DNA from: Hemiscyllium ocellatum
Lineage: Eukaryota
DNA: 64,000 nucleotides
Assembly: GCF_020745735.1 (NCBI RefSeq)
Contig: NC_083433.1
Location: 18,983,363-19,047,362, forward strand
Direction of reading: 5' to 3'
In this document: positions 11,540 through 22,436 of the stretch, piece after piece
Position numbering within the stretch: the stretch's first letter is position 1
Layout of the letters: each line of letters begins with the position of its first letter
Made by a program: the position numbers and the translations under genes
Notes under the pieces: model-generated
Told to the model about the DNA's origin: nothing
The model's input: the letters and a program-made list of their open reading frames with translations, nothing else
Databases searched by the model: none

Positions 11540-13521
11540 GCCGCGACATTAACCGACTCAACCTGTCCACCCCTCCCACCCACTCCAACCTCTCACCCTC
11601 AGAACGTGCAGCCCTCCACTCCCTCCGCTCCAATCCCAACCTCACCATCAAACCGGCAGACAAGGGAGGCGCGGTAGTAGTTTAGCGCACCGACCTTTGT
11701 ACCGCTGAGGCCAAATGCCAGCTCGCGGACACCTCCTCTTATCGCCCCCTTGACCATGACCCCACCTCCCACCACCAAACCATCATCTCCCAGACCATCC
11801 ATAACCTCATCACCTCAGGGGATCTCCCACCCACTGCCTCCAACCTCATAGTCCCACAACCCCGCACCGCCCGTTTCTACCTCCTGCCCAAAATCCACAA
11901 ACCTGCCTGCCCCGGCCGACCCATTGTCTCAGCCTGCTCCTGCCCCACCGAACTCATCTCCCAATACCTCGACACGGTCCTGTCCCCTTTAGTCCAAGAA
12001 CTCCCCACCTACGTTCGGGACACCACCCACGCCTCCACCTCCTCCAGGATTTTCGCTTCCCCGGTCCCCAACGCCTTATTTTCACGATGGACATCCAGTC
12101 CCTGTACACCTCCATCCCCCATCACGAAGGACTCAAAGCCCTCCGCTTCTTCCTTTCCCGCCGCACCAACCAGTACCCTTCCACTGACACCCTCCTTCGA
12201 CTGACTGAACTGGTCCTCACCCTGAATAACTTCTCTTTTCAATCCTCCCACTTCCTCCAAACTAAAGGAGTTGCCATGGGCACCCGCATGGGCCCCAGCT
12301 ATGCCTGTCTCTTCGTAGGATATGTGGAACAGTCCATCTTCCGCAGCTACACTGGCACCACCCCCCACCTTTTCCTCCGCTACATCGATGACTGTATCGG
12401 CGCTGCCTCGTGCTCCCACGAGGAGGTTGAACAGTTCATCAACTTTACTAACACCTTCCATCCCGACCTCAAATTCACCTGGACTGTCTCAGACTCCTCC
12501 CTCCCCTTCCTAGACCTTTCCATTTCTATCTCAGGCGACCGACTCAACACAGACATCTACTATAAACCGACTGACTCCCACAGCTACCTGGACTACACCT
12601 CCTCCCACCCTGCCCCCTGTAAAAACGCCATTCCATATTCCCAATTCCTTCGTCTCCGCCGCATCTGCTCCCAGGAGGACCAGTTCCAACACCGCACAGC
12701 CCAGATGGCCTCCTTCTTCAAGGACAGCAAGACTCCCCCCAAACGTGATCGACGATGCCCTCCACCGCATCTCCTCCACTTCCCGCTCCTCCGCCCTTGA
12801 GCCCCGCCCCTCCAACCGCCACCAAGACAGAACCCCACTGGTTCTCACCTACCACCCCACCAACCTCCGTATACAACGTATCATCCGCCGTCATTTCCGC
12901 CACCTCCAAACGGACCCCACCACCAAGGATATATTTCCCTCCCCTCCCCTATCAGCGTTCCACAAAGACCACTCCCTTCGTGACTCCCTCGTCAGGTCCA
13001 CACCCCCCACCAACCCAACCTCCACTCCCGGCACCTTCCCCTGCAACCGCAGGAAATGTAAAACTTGCACCCACACCTCCTCCCTCACTTCCCTCCAAGG
13101 CCCCAAGGGATCCTTCCATATCCGCCACAAGTTCACCTGTACCTCCACACACATCATCTATTGCATCCACTGCACCCGATGTGGCCTCCTCTACATTGGG
13201 GAGACGGGTCGCTTACTTGCGGAACGCTTCAGAGAACACCTCAGGGACGCCCGGACCAACCAACCCAACCACCCCGTGGCTCAACACTTTAACTTTCCCT
13301 CCCACTCCACCGAGGACATGCAGGTCCTTGGACTCCTCCACCGGCAGAACATAACAACACGACAGCTGGAGGAGGAGCGCCTCATCTTCCGCCTGGGAAC
13401 CCTCCAACCACAAGGGATGAACTCAGATTTCTCCAGTTTCCTCATTCCCCCTCCCCCCACCTTGTCTCAGTCGGTTCCCTCAACTCAGCACCGCCCTCCC
13501 AACCTGCAATCCTCTTCCTGA
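11540..13521 (+). pseudogene. PLE RT/GIY-YIG endonuclease ORF, disrupted
   Basis: Pieces 12087-12800 and 12745-13521 are in different frames; in-frame TAG after GGAVVV near 11683. Confidence 0.88.
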
Positions 13522-13653
13522 CCTCTCCACCCCCACCCCACTCCGGCCTATCACCCTCACCTTGACCTCCTTCCACCTATCACATCTCCATCGCCCCTCC
13601 CCCAAGTCCCTCCTCCCTACCTTTTATCTTAGCCTGCCTGGCACACTCTCCTC

Positions 13654-13689
13654 ATTCCTGATGAAGGGCTTATGCCCGAAACGTCGAAT
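13654..13689 (+). ncRNA. minimal type-I hammerhead ribozyme (family A), intact
   Basis: AUUC-CUGAUGA-AGGGC-UUAU-GCCC-GAAAC-GUC-GAAU; stem I AUUC/GAAU, stem II GGGC/GCCC, ACGU palindrome; predicted cleavage after 13685. Confidence 0.88.
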
Positions 13690-13839
13690 TTCCTATTCCT
13701 TGGATGCTGCCTAACCTGCTGTGCTTTAACCAGCAACACATTTTCAACCCTGCCACATCTGCTGAGTTTCTCCAGCAATTTCTGCTTTTATTTCTGATTT
13801 TCAGCATCCACGGTGCTGTCGGATTTTTGTTTTGTCAGG

Positions 13840-14404
13840 TGTGAAGTGTGTTGGGTTTGTCCTGCAGCAGCGAAAGGTGCCAAGAGAAATGTACTTCCCT
13901 GTATAAATTATAATCCTCTGTGACTTGTAGAACTTCCTCAACCCCAGTTATTTGAAAGGGAAAGACTGAACAAGGCGCGCATTTATTTCTGACAGGTGTG
14001 GCCGACAGAGGAGGAAGGTGATATTTTGGATTGGGAGATTGTGAAGAAACATTTGGGATTTCCCTCCCCTCCCCCGGCCGCATGAATCATGAAAGAAATG
14101 AAAAGTTATAAATTGCAACTTCGCGTTGGAAAATCTGCGGGCGGTTGCATGGGGGCGCTCGAAGAAAAAGAAAAGAAAGTTTCGAAAAAGTCCTCACAAC
14201 TTTCGATTGCCAGGTTTCAGTGTCTAACTTCCCTCCCTGCGATAGAACTGGTTTCGGTGCTGACTCCAGCCTTCCTGGGGAGTCAGACTTGGTGACAGTG
14301 AGTGTCCCAGGCACAAGGACATCAGGAGTTAGAATAGAGGGGGACGTCTAACATTTGGAGTCTCTGCTGTCTGGTGCCTCTCAATACCTTTCGCCACAGA
14401 AGGC
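13840..14404 (+). promoter_or_regulatory. putative promoter/5' UTR of the B7-family gene
   Basis: Non-repetitive and locally CpG-rich; kB site GGGATTTCCC at 14055-14064, TATA-like TTATAAAT near 14107, GC box GCGGGCGG near 14137, GAAANNGAAA motifs near 14164; directly precedes exon 1. Confidence 0.55.
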
Positions 14405-14457
14405 ATGGTGGACTTTATCCCACCTCAGATGGACCCAGGACACAGGCCAACTTTCAG
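14405..14457 (+). CDS. B7-family gene exon 1 (MVDFIPPQMDPGHRPTF, phase 2)
   Basis: ggcATGg Kozak context, second ATG at 14429, donor CAG|GTACGA; short phase-2 first coding exon as in human ICOSLG and CD86. Confidence 0.6.
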
Positions 14458-15247
14458 GTACGATAATCAGTTATGAGAGTAAACCTATGCAAAATTCCTG
14501 TGTTCACTTTTTTCCCCCCAACTTTGTGTCTCCCTCGCTCGAAACCGTTTCAGGAGCACCGCTTCCCTCCCAAAAGCTGCATCTCAATGTCTGATCTGCA
14601 TTTTTGATGGATCAAGACGTGATTGCTAGGCGGCACTTCGACTGCAGGGGCCATCACACTCTGAATTCTCCCCGCCTCCTGGTCGATCAGGAGTTTTGTT
14701 TTTTCAATTAAAAAAAATAGGAGAGAGAATGTGGTCTTTGAAAAAGGCGTTGTAAACCGCCAACAGTGACTTTCATTAGGGGATTGGATTAACATTTGGA
14801 AGGGAGCTTTCAAAAAAGCCAGATCAACACTTTCTGCTGTTCAGAAGTGATCTGCCTGCAAAGTGAGTCAGAATGATTTGAAGGAACCAGTGTAGGACTG
14901 GGGTGGACAAAGTTTACAAAGAAAACAAATCACACAACACCAGGATGATGAAGGGTTTTGGGTGGGGAAGTCGTGGGATCGTGGTCAAAGCCTCAAATGT
15001 GTGGTAGAGAACAGGTGAATAGTGCTGGGGACTTCACAGAGAGTCAGCCACAGGATTACTTTGACATTTGTGGAAGAGAGCGGCAATGATTAACTGGGAA
15101 TAGGTCTTGGTGACTGACACAACAAACAAACGACAAAGTCAGGACCAAACTTTATCAAGGAGCCCCTTTGTTACTGTACATATGCTTCTTTCTTTATGTT
15201 GTGCCACCCATCAGTGGTAGACCTGTGAATAAGTGAAATACTACGTG

Positions 15248-15772
15248 TTTAGGGAGTTCTTCCTATCTGCTCTCCCTGCTATAGGAAAGATGTTGTGGAA
15301 CTTGAAAGGGTTCAGAAAAGAATTACAAGGATGTTGCCAGGGTTGGGGGATTTGAGCTATAGGGAGAGACTGAACAGACTGGGGCTGTTTTCCCTGGAGC
15401 GTCAGAGGCTGTGAGGTGACCTTATAGAGGTTTACAAAATTATGAGGGGCAGAGATAGCATAAATAGACAAAGTCTTTCCCCTGGGGTGGGGGGAGTCCA
15501 GAACTAGAAGGCATAGGTTTAGGGTGAGAGGGGAAAGGTATAAAAGAGACCTAAGGGGCAACTTTTTCACTCAGAGGGTGGTATGTGTACGGAAGGAGCT
15601 GCCAGAAGAAGTGGTGGAGGCTGGTACAATTGCAACATTTGGATGTGTATACGAATAGGAAGGGTTTGGAGGGATATGGGCCGGGTGCTGGCAGGTGGGA
15701 CCAGATTGGGTTGGGATATCTGGTCAGCATGGACGGGTTGGATCTAAGACTGTACATCTCTAAGACTCTATA
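15248..15772 (+). mobile_element. CR1/HER1 LINE 3' fragment
   Basis: High similarity to 10450-10970. Confidence 0.88.
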
Positions 15773-15939
15773 ATCAGTGATGCTGTGGTAATGTCATCGG
15801 CCTATTAATTGATAAACCTAAACTAAAACGCTGAGAATATGGGTCAAATCCCACCATGGCAGATAGTGATTTTGTTTTTAAAATCTTGAATTAAAAAGAT
15901 AGATCTTAAATGGTGTAAAAATCAATGTGTTTCACTAAT

Positions 15940-16079
15940 TCAGAAGTCACATGACACCAGGTTATAGTTCAAAAGCAGCTCTGAAAGTTTGTGATTTTAA
16001 ATAAATTTGTTGGACTATAACCTGGTGTCATGTGACTTCTGATCTTGTCCACCGCAGTCCAACATGGGCATCTCCATTA
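15940..16079. mobile_element. palindromic PLE-terminus insertion (family B-related) with tail, inside a SINE
   Basis: tcagaagtcacatgacaccaggttatagt / actataacctggtgtcatgtgacttctga inverted arms; 37-nt tail; TSD-like tg(t/g)ttcactaat at 15928-15939 and 16080-16091. Confidence 0.75.
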
Positions 16080-16874
16080 TGGTTCACTAATGACCTGGAG
16101 GGAAGGAAATCTGCCGTCGCTACTTGACCTGACCAATCCGTGACTCCAGATCCACAACGATGTGGTTGACTTCTGGGTCATAAGGAGTGGGCATAAATGC
16201 TGGTCCTGCCAGTGACACCCATATCCCATGAACAGGTAATAAACAAAATTGTACTTTTCACACCCGCTGGTTGTCTTAAAGTGCTTTACAGCCAATGAAA
16301 CACCTTCTGAAACATAGTCACTGCTATATTGTGAGAATCACAGTGGCTAAGTTGTGTTTGGCAAAGTCCCCCAAACAGCAACGTGGTAATCTGTTTATTA
16401 AAGGTTGAATTTTATCAGGGCACTGGGGAGAAACCATCTCTTCAAAATAGCACCTGAGAGGGCAGATCGGGCCTCTGCTAAACATTGCATTCAAATGCCA
16501 GTACCTCCAACAGTGCGGCACTCCTTATGAACTGCACTCAGTTATCAGCTGTGTTCCTTTGAACAGGGATACGAATCCAAAACCATGTGATTCACGGGCA
16601 AACATGCAACCAATGATCCCTAGCTGACATGAAGTGAGATAGATGTGTTCTTAACATAGCTGACAACATGGACTTGACGGGGTAAAGGGCTATGCTGTAG
16701 ACCTCTATGACTCAGCTGTGAACCTGTATCATGGGTGAGGTAAAAACAATGACTGCAGATGCTGGAAACCAGATTCTGGATCAGTGGTGCTGGGAGAGCA
16801 CAGCAGTTCCGGCAGCATCCATGTATCATGGGTGGTGTTCCCTTTCTAAGCAAAGGAACCAGAGTTGGAAATTA

Positions 16875-17118
16875 AAAATGAAAAGAACTGCAGATGTTAT
16901 AAAGCAGAAACAAAAACAGAAATTGCTGGAAAAGCTCAGCAGGTCTGGCAGCCTCTACTGGAGAGAAGTCATTGTTAACATTTGGGTCAAGTGACCCTTC
17001 TTCAAAACTTAGTCTGTTCTGAGGAAGGGTCACTCCATCCGAAATGTTAACTCTGATTTCTCTCCACAGATGCTGCCAGACCTGATGAGCTCTTCCAGCA
17101 ATTTCTGTTTTTGTTGCA
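16875..17118. mobile_element. palindromic PLE-terminus insertion (family C) with degenerate hammerhead
   Basis: Arms aaacagaaattgctggaaaagctcagcaggtctggcagc / gctgccagacctgatgagctcttccagcaatttctgttt; GTT-CTGAGGA..GAAA-TGTT-AAC at 17016-17051. Confidence 0.72.
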
Positions 17119-17854
17119 TACCTAGGCATTCCTCACTTACTTTAAGATCCCAACAGTTGATGTTTCCTCACTGTCTGGTTTCCTCTCACAGTCCAAAGGT
17201 GTGCAGTTTAGGTGGATTGGCCATGCAAAATTTCCCATAGTGTCCAGAGAAGAGCAGGCTAAGATTAGCCCTGGGAAAATGCAGGGTTACAGGGTGGGAA
17301 GATCTTTGGAAGGCCGGTGTGGACTCGATGGTTCGAATGGCCTACAACACATTGTGGTGTTGATCTGCTGCCAAAGACTTCAAACAAAAACGCTTATTTA
17401 ATCATTTGGGGAACAATATTAAAAACAACACCGCTCAGCCTGTTTCAAGTGAAAATTACGACCATAGACCTAAGAGTTATTAATAAATCCAAAAGGGAAT
17501 TCCAAGTGAAACATTTTTTTACGAAGGGGTTGGTTAGCACAATGGTTTACTTCATTTAGTGAACCCCATAATTTATTGTGAAATTCTGTGAAGCCCCAAC
17601 AGGCACTCCCTGCTACCTCCCAATGTCTATATTTTACAAAACAAAAATGAAAATGAAGTAGAGAGCCATCGAACAAATGATTATCTTTTATTACCAACAT
17701 GAGTTAGGAGTAGGAGTAGGCAACATGGTCTCTGGAGCCTCCTCTGCCATTCTGTATAATTTTAGCTGATCTGATAGACCTAGCTTCCCACCTACACTTG
17801 ATGGCCTTTTCCTCCCTTGTTTGTCAGGAATCTATCCACTTCTGCCTTAAAGGT

Positions 17855-18162
17855 TTAGATTACTTACAGTGTGGAAACAGGCCCTTCGGCCCAACAAGTC
17901 CACACCGACCCGTCGAAGCACAACCCACCCATACCCCTACATTTACCCCTTACCTAAACACTATGGGCAATTTAGCATGGCCAGTTCACCTGACCCGCAC
18001 ATCTTTGGACTGTGGGAGGAAACTGGAGCACCCGGAGGAAACCCGCGCAAACACGGGGAGAACGTGCAAACTCCACACAGTCTGTCGCCTGAGTCGGAAA
18101 TTGAACCCGGGTCTCAGGCGCTGTGAGGCAGCAGTGCTAACCACTGTGCCACCGTGCTGCCC
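17855..18162 (-). mobile_element. HE1-type SINE, full length
   Basis: Near-complete reverse complement of 3517-3814. Confidence 0.92.
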
Positions 18163-18402
18163 ACTAAGGTATACTTGCTCCACTTGCACTGCCTTTCAAG
18201 GAAGAGTGCTCCAAAAAATTGGTGAGAAAAAGATTGCACCCTATCTCTGTTTTAAATAGGAAACCCTCACATTTAAAAACAGCGTCCTAGTTCTAGGTTC
18301 CCCACAGCAATATGTCAAGGATCCCCAGATAGCGCCTTTCAAACACATGACCACTGCAATCTGGGAATTTGAGGGCAGCCATTGCTTGGGAACACCAAAT
18401 CT

Positions 18403-19133
18403 AAGATGGTGGCAGTGTAGGATGCTTCAGTCAGAGCTCATCCACTCTCTCCATTTCTTTCTCCTTTCTATGTCTTTCCTTCTGTCTCTTTTTGTTCCTA
18501 TCTGGGTGTTTCTTTTGTTCGTTCCTTCACTCATGGCTTCAGCATTGGAGAGGCGTTGTCTTGGCCCAATCCCTTGGTTCTGTCTCTTGGTGGCCTGTCG
18601 CGATCTCTTGGTGGCACAAGGTGGTCTTTTGGCCCAGCTTGGCGGTGTCTCGACCCGGTGTCTGGGCAGTCCGTGACGGTGTCTTGCCCTAGTCCCTCAG
18701 CCCCGGTGTGGCGGTTTCTCGGTGTGCAAGTGGGTCCTGCCTGGGCAGCAGGAGGAGATCAGGGAGGCAGCAGCTGTAGCAACAGCGATGGCATTATAGC
18801 CCAGTGTGAGAAGGGCTCGAGGTGAGGGCCGTTCCTGGTATCTGAGGTGACAGCATTGAGAACAGATAGCTGAGCTAAGTGGAGGGCTATCAAAGACTGT
18901 TGAACTTTTAACTTTATTCCTTGATTTTTCTAATTTATATTAAGAAGAGCTTTAATGTTAACTATTAATTTTTAAAAAATGTTTCTACTTATTTTATGAA
19001 TGTAATGCTTGTCTTTTTAATTTTGTTTATTTTGCTACTTTGACCCCAAGATAGCATCATGTGTGGCGGCATTATACACTTTTCACTGTACTCCTGTACA
19101 TGAGTACACATGACAATAAGATCTAAATCTAAG
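18403..19133 (+). mobile_element. non-autonomous LINE-tailed element (aagatgg start, TCTAAA tail)
   Basis: 3' end cttttcactgtactcc..acatgacaataagatctaaatcta is shared with inverted copies at about 4975, 31975 and 63866; aaatctaag at both ends. Confidence 0.45.
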
Positions 19134-19494
19134 TCTACAAGGGTTCCTCCAGGCCATTTACCATTCTGACTTGGAAATATCTCACCGTTCCTCTGTGTTG
19201 TTGGTTCAAAACCGCGGAACTCCCTCCCTAACAGCATTGTGGGGCCACCTATTAAGAATGAACTGCAGCAGTTCACGAAGGTTCAAAATACTTCATGACC
19301 ATCTTCTTAAGGGCAATATGGAGTAGGCAAAAATATGCTGGCCAGACAGTGATGCTCACACCTACTGAAGAAATGTTATAAAGGAAAAGGAAACACCTTT
19401 TTCACGTCCACCCAACCAAGATGCCTCAGGATTTGTCTTAATCACTGTCCATGTTAGCCATACCTCAATATGCAAAGCCAATCTTTGGTGGCTA

Positions 19495-19945
19495 TTGATA
19501 TGTTGCCAGGTTTGGAGGGTATGAGCAGTAGGGAGAGGCTGAATAGGCTGGGTCTATTTTCCTGGATGGTCAGTGGCTAACAAAATCATGAGGGCCATTG
19601 ATAGGGTAAACGGTCAAGGTCTTTTTCCCAGGATAGGTGAGTCCAAAACTAGATGGAACAGGTTTAAGTTGAGGGGGAAAGGATATTAAAGGAACCTAAG
19701 GAGCAACGTTTTCATGCAGAGGATGGTGCGTGTATCAAATGAGCTGCCGGAGGAAATGGTGGAACTGGTACAATTACAACATTCAAAAGGCAGCTGGATG
19801 GGTATATGGATAGGTAGGGTTTGGAGGGATATAGGTTAAATGCTGGCAAATGGGATTAGATTAGATTAGGATGTCTGGTCGGCATAGACAAATAGGACCA
19901 AATGGTCTATTTCCATGCTGTACAGCTCTATGGCTCTATGACTTT
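19495..19945 (+). mobile_element. CR1 3' fragment
   Basis: CR1 C-terminal segment with ctctatggctctatgact tail. Confidence 0.8.
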
Positions 19946-20159
19946 ATGTTGCAATTAAATTGCCTCTTCCTCTTCTGAACTCAAAATGTACGAATAATGA
20001 AAAGTATTTCAAGATACAAATGACCTGAAAATTTGTACGTAATACTTTCATTATGCTGGGGGATCCCTTAGGCTTCTGGGGACTCTGGCTGGAAAACAGA
20101 CTAGGCTAGATTATGAAACTGAATACTGCAGCGAGCTGTTGAATAATGCCAAATGAATG

Positions 20160-20535
20160 CAAAAGAGGAAATTGAAACACAGGGGGGCATGGCTGGTCTA
20201 GATCTGTCTGCGGAGAGTGAATTCTATGCCTGACAACTGGCATGTGAAGAGAATCCGTAACTCTGCATTTCAAAATTGACATGTTGACGTTGCTCTGCTC
20301 CCTTTTCTCTTTAAGAGCTCCAACTGTTGTAGAAACCTCTCTGCGCTGCTGTAATTGCAAGTGCACTTTAGGAAGGTGGGGGACTTCTGAAGTGATGTGG
20401 GAAGAGAGACAAGGAACCCCGGGACAAGGAACTCCTTTTTCTTTTTATTCCTGGTGACTATTTGGAAAACCCCTACAATTAATGACTGTTTCTGTTCCCA
20501 CTGAGGAACTATCTTTAAGTGGGGAATTCCCATGG
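20160..20535. promoter_or_regulatory. candidate intronic immune enhancer
   Basis: GAGGAA + GAAATTGAAAC (20165-20178); kB-consensus GGAAAACCCC (20464-20473) and GGGGAATTCCC (20521-20531) in apparently non-repeat DNA. Confidence 0.4.
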
Positions 20536-20950
20536 TCCGTAGAATGAAAAGAAATATCCTTTTTTTTTGGCGGACGAGTGACAAGAGTTTCATTATTAAA
20601 GGTGCTGATATTATTTTTCACGGATTAGTTCAACACATGACAAGGCCATTGAGTAATCTGGTCTGCACTGGCTCTTTCCAGCTGTCTTTAATTCCACTCC
20701 AGTTTTCGGTCCACATATCCCTGTGATTTTCTTTCTTTCAAAATTTATTTGGGGCAAAGCAATTGAAGGTGCCTCCACCACATTCCTGGGCAGTGCATTT
20801 CAAATCCTGAACATTTTACTCCTGCCACTCTTGGTTCTTTTGCCCTTTGCACAATATCCACACCCCTCTGCTTTTCCTGAAGCTCTAAACATTGATATCT
20901 GTTTCTCTTTGTGTACTCATGCAGAACCTCTCCTGATTTTAAACAAATAG

Positions 20951-21178
20951 TCAGTCATAGAGCAATACAGCACAGAGGCAGACCATTCAGTCCAATAGTC
21001 CAGACCAGCCATATTCTCAAACCAAGCTACTCCCACTTGCCTGTATTTGGCCCATATCTCTCCAAACATTTCTTATTCATGTATTTATCTAAGTCTCTTT
21101 TAAAAGTTGTAACTGTACCCACATTCACCACTTTCTCTGGAAGTTCATTCCTCACACATTTCACTCTCTGTGTAAACT
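20951..21178 (-). mobile_element. CR1 3' fragment abutting the truncated ERV env
   Basis: agtcatagag.. tail reverse complement, cccacttgcctgtatttggccc. Confidence 0.75.
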
Positions 21179-21723
21179 AATCGCCCCTGAAGTGTTTTTA
21201 GGGTGCGAGGCCAAGAACAGGGAGGAATGTGAGTCATAAGTAAAGGGGCCCGCATACCCTAGATAGGAACTACCCAAGTCCAGGGTATGCCTTATGGTCA
21301 CAAATGAAATAGGTACCATTATAAGTTCTCAAGTAATTGGTCTGAGTTCCAGTCCAAAGAGTTGTGAACTTGGCACTAGTAGTAGTCTTGTTGGGAACTT
21401 CAAGGGTCAGGATACTCCCAGTAGAAATGGATCAGCACACGGACGGGGTAAGAAGCAGAGAATGGGTACGTTTACTGGTCCCAGCATTCCACCCTGACGT
21501 GTGGCTGCTTTTCAAGCAGATGGTTCCAGTTGGGGTACCCTTTCCTGTGGTGTTAGTGAGGACCAGAGCTGGGGGGGTGTATGTCAGGGGTTGTGGTGAA
21601 GCCGGAACCAACCCTTACACTTTTCCATATCATAACCTGCGGACCCCCAAGGGAACCTGTTATTGGCGGCAGAATTGGCCCTGCCAGGGTCTCGCATAAA
21701 AGAGTTGTGAGATTCCCAGGCAA

Positions 21724-21911
21724 GGATCAGCAGGTCAGGCAGCATCTGAGGAGCAGGAGAGTTGACGTTTCGGGCATAAAATTCCTGAAGAAGGGCTCAT
21801 GCCCGAAACGTCGACTCTCCTGCTCCTCGGATGCTGCCTGACCTGCTGCGCTTTTCCAGCAACACATTTTCAGCTCTGATCTCCAACATCTGCAGTCCTC
21901 ACTTTCTCCTA
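21724..21911. mobile_element. palindromic PLE-hammerhead insertion (family A) in env
   Basis: Inverted arms; + strand CUGAAGA-AGGGC-UCAU-GCCC-GAAAC-GUC from 21785; TSD ga(t/c)tcccaggcaa at 21711-21723 and 21912-21924. Confidence 0.85.
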
Positions 21912-22198
21912 GACTCCCAGGCAAACCTACTTCCCCCGCAGGTAGACATATCGGAGGACCTGTTTTGTTCCAACCACGTTCAGCTATTTTAGATTCATTA
22001 AATGGGATGGGTCTCAGGGGTTTCCTCTCTTAGAGTGTATGGGGATAGGGCGCATACCCAGCAGCTAGACTGGTTAACCTTCTGTGTGTAAGTGTAAATC
22101 ATGTGAAGAAAAGTGTTGACATGAACTCCATTGTGATAGAGTCCATCATTCCATCTTCCCTGTACCCCTCATGCACAGTCAGTATGAACAAGGCAATG

Positions 22199-22381
22199 TC
22201 AAGATTAGAGTGGTGCTGGAAAAGCACAGCAGGTCAGGCAACATCCGAGGAGCAGGAAAATCGATGTCCTGATGAAGGGCTTTTTCCTGTTCCTCGGATG
22301 CTACCTGACCTGCTGTGCTTTTCCAGCACCACTCTAATCTTGACTCTGATCTCCAGCATCTGCAGCCCCCACTTTCGCCTT
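22199..22381. mobile_element. palindromic PLE-terminus insertion (family A variant) in env
   Basis: Arms 22199-22260 and 22282-22343; perfect 14-bp TSD TGAACAAGGCAATG at 22185-22198 and 22382-22395. Confidence 0.9.
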
Positions 22382-22436
22382 TGAACAAGGCAATGAGGAG
22401 CACAGAGACTGAAATGGCGATTGGTCTCTACATATA

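Larger units (their letters stand above)
11540..13746 (+). mobile_element. Penelope-like retroelement (Neptune-like, family A), 5'-truncated, with 3' pLTR
   Basis: IKPADKGGAVV, DIQSLYTSIP, QTKGVAMGTRMGPSYA and RYIDD RT motifs; CNRRKCKTC linker; IIYCIHC..C..LYIGETGR..ERF.EH GIY-YIG domain; 13-bp direct repeat ACCCTGCCACATC at 11527-11539 and 13747-13759. Confidence 0.93.
21182..22433 (-). pseudogene. env: ERV env, signal peptide and SU only
   Basis: After removing two PLE inserts: M*RPIAISVSVLLIALFILTV signal, NQSSCWVC (CXXC) and YNGTYFICDHKAYP..C..YL C-terminal SU motif; TM not found. Confidence 0.75.

Noticed and set aside
12009-13413. Several long antisense and alternate-frame ORFs (150 aa, 199 aa Pro-rich, etc.)
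   Set aside because: Shadows of the C-rich PLE coding strand, which has few stop codons in other frames
20088-20120. LENRL(G)LDY-like string resembling a retroviral immunosuppressive domain
   Set aside because: On the strand opposite to the ERV, needs a frameshift, and is not followed by the CX6CC motif
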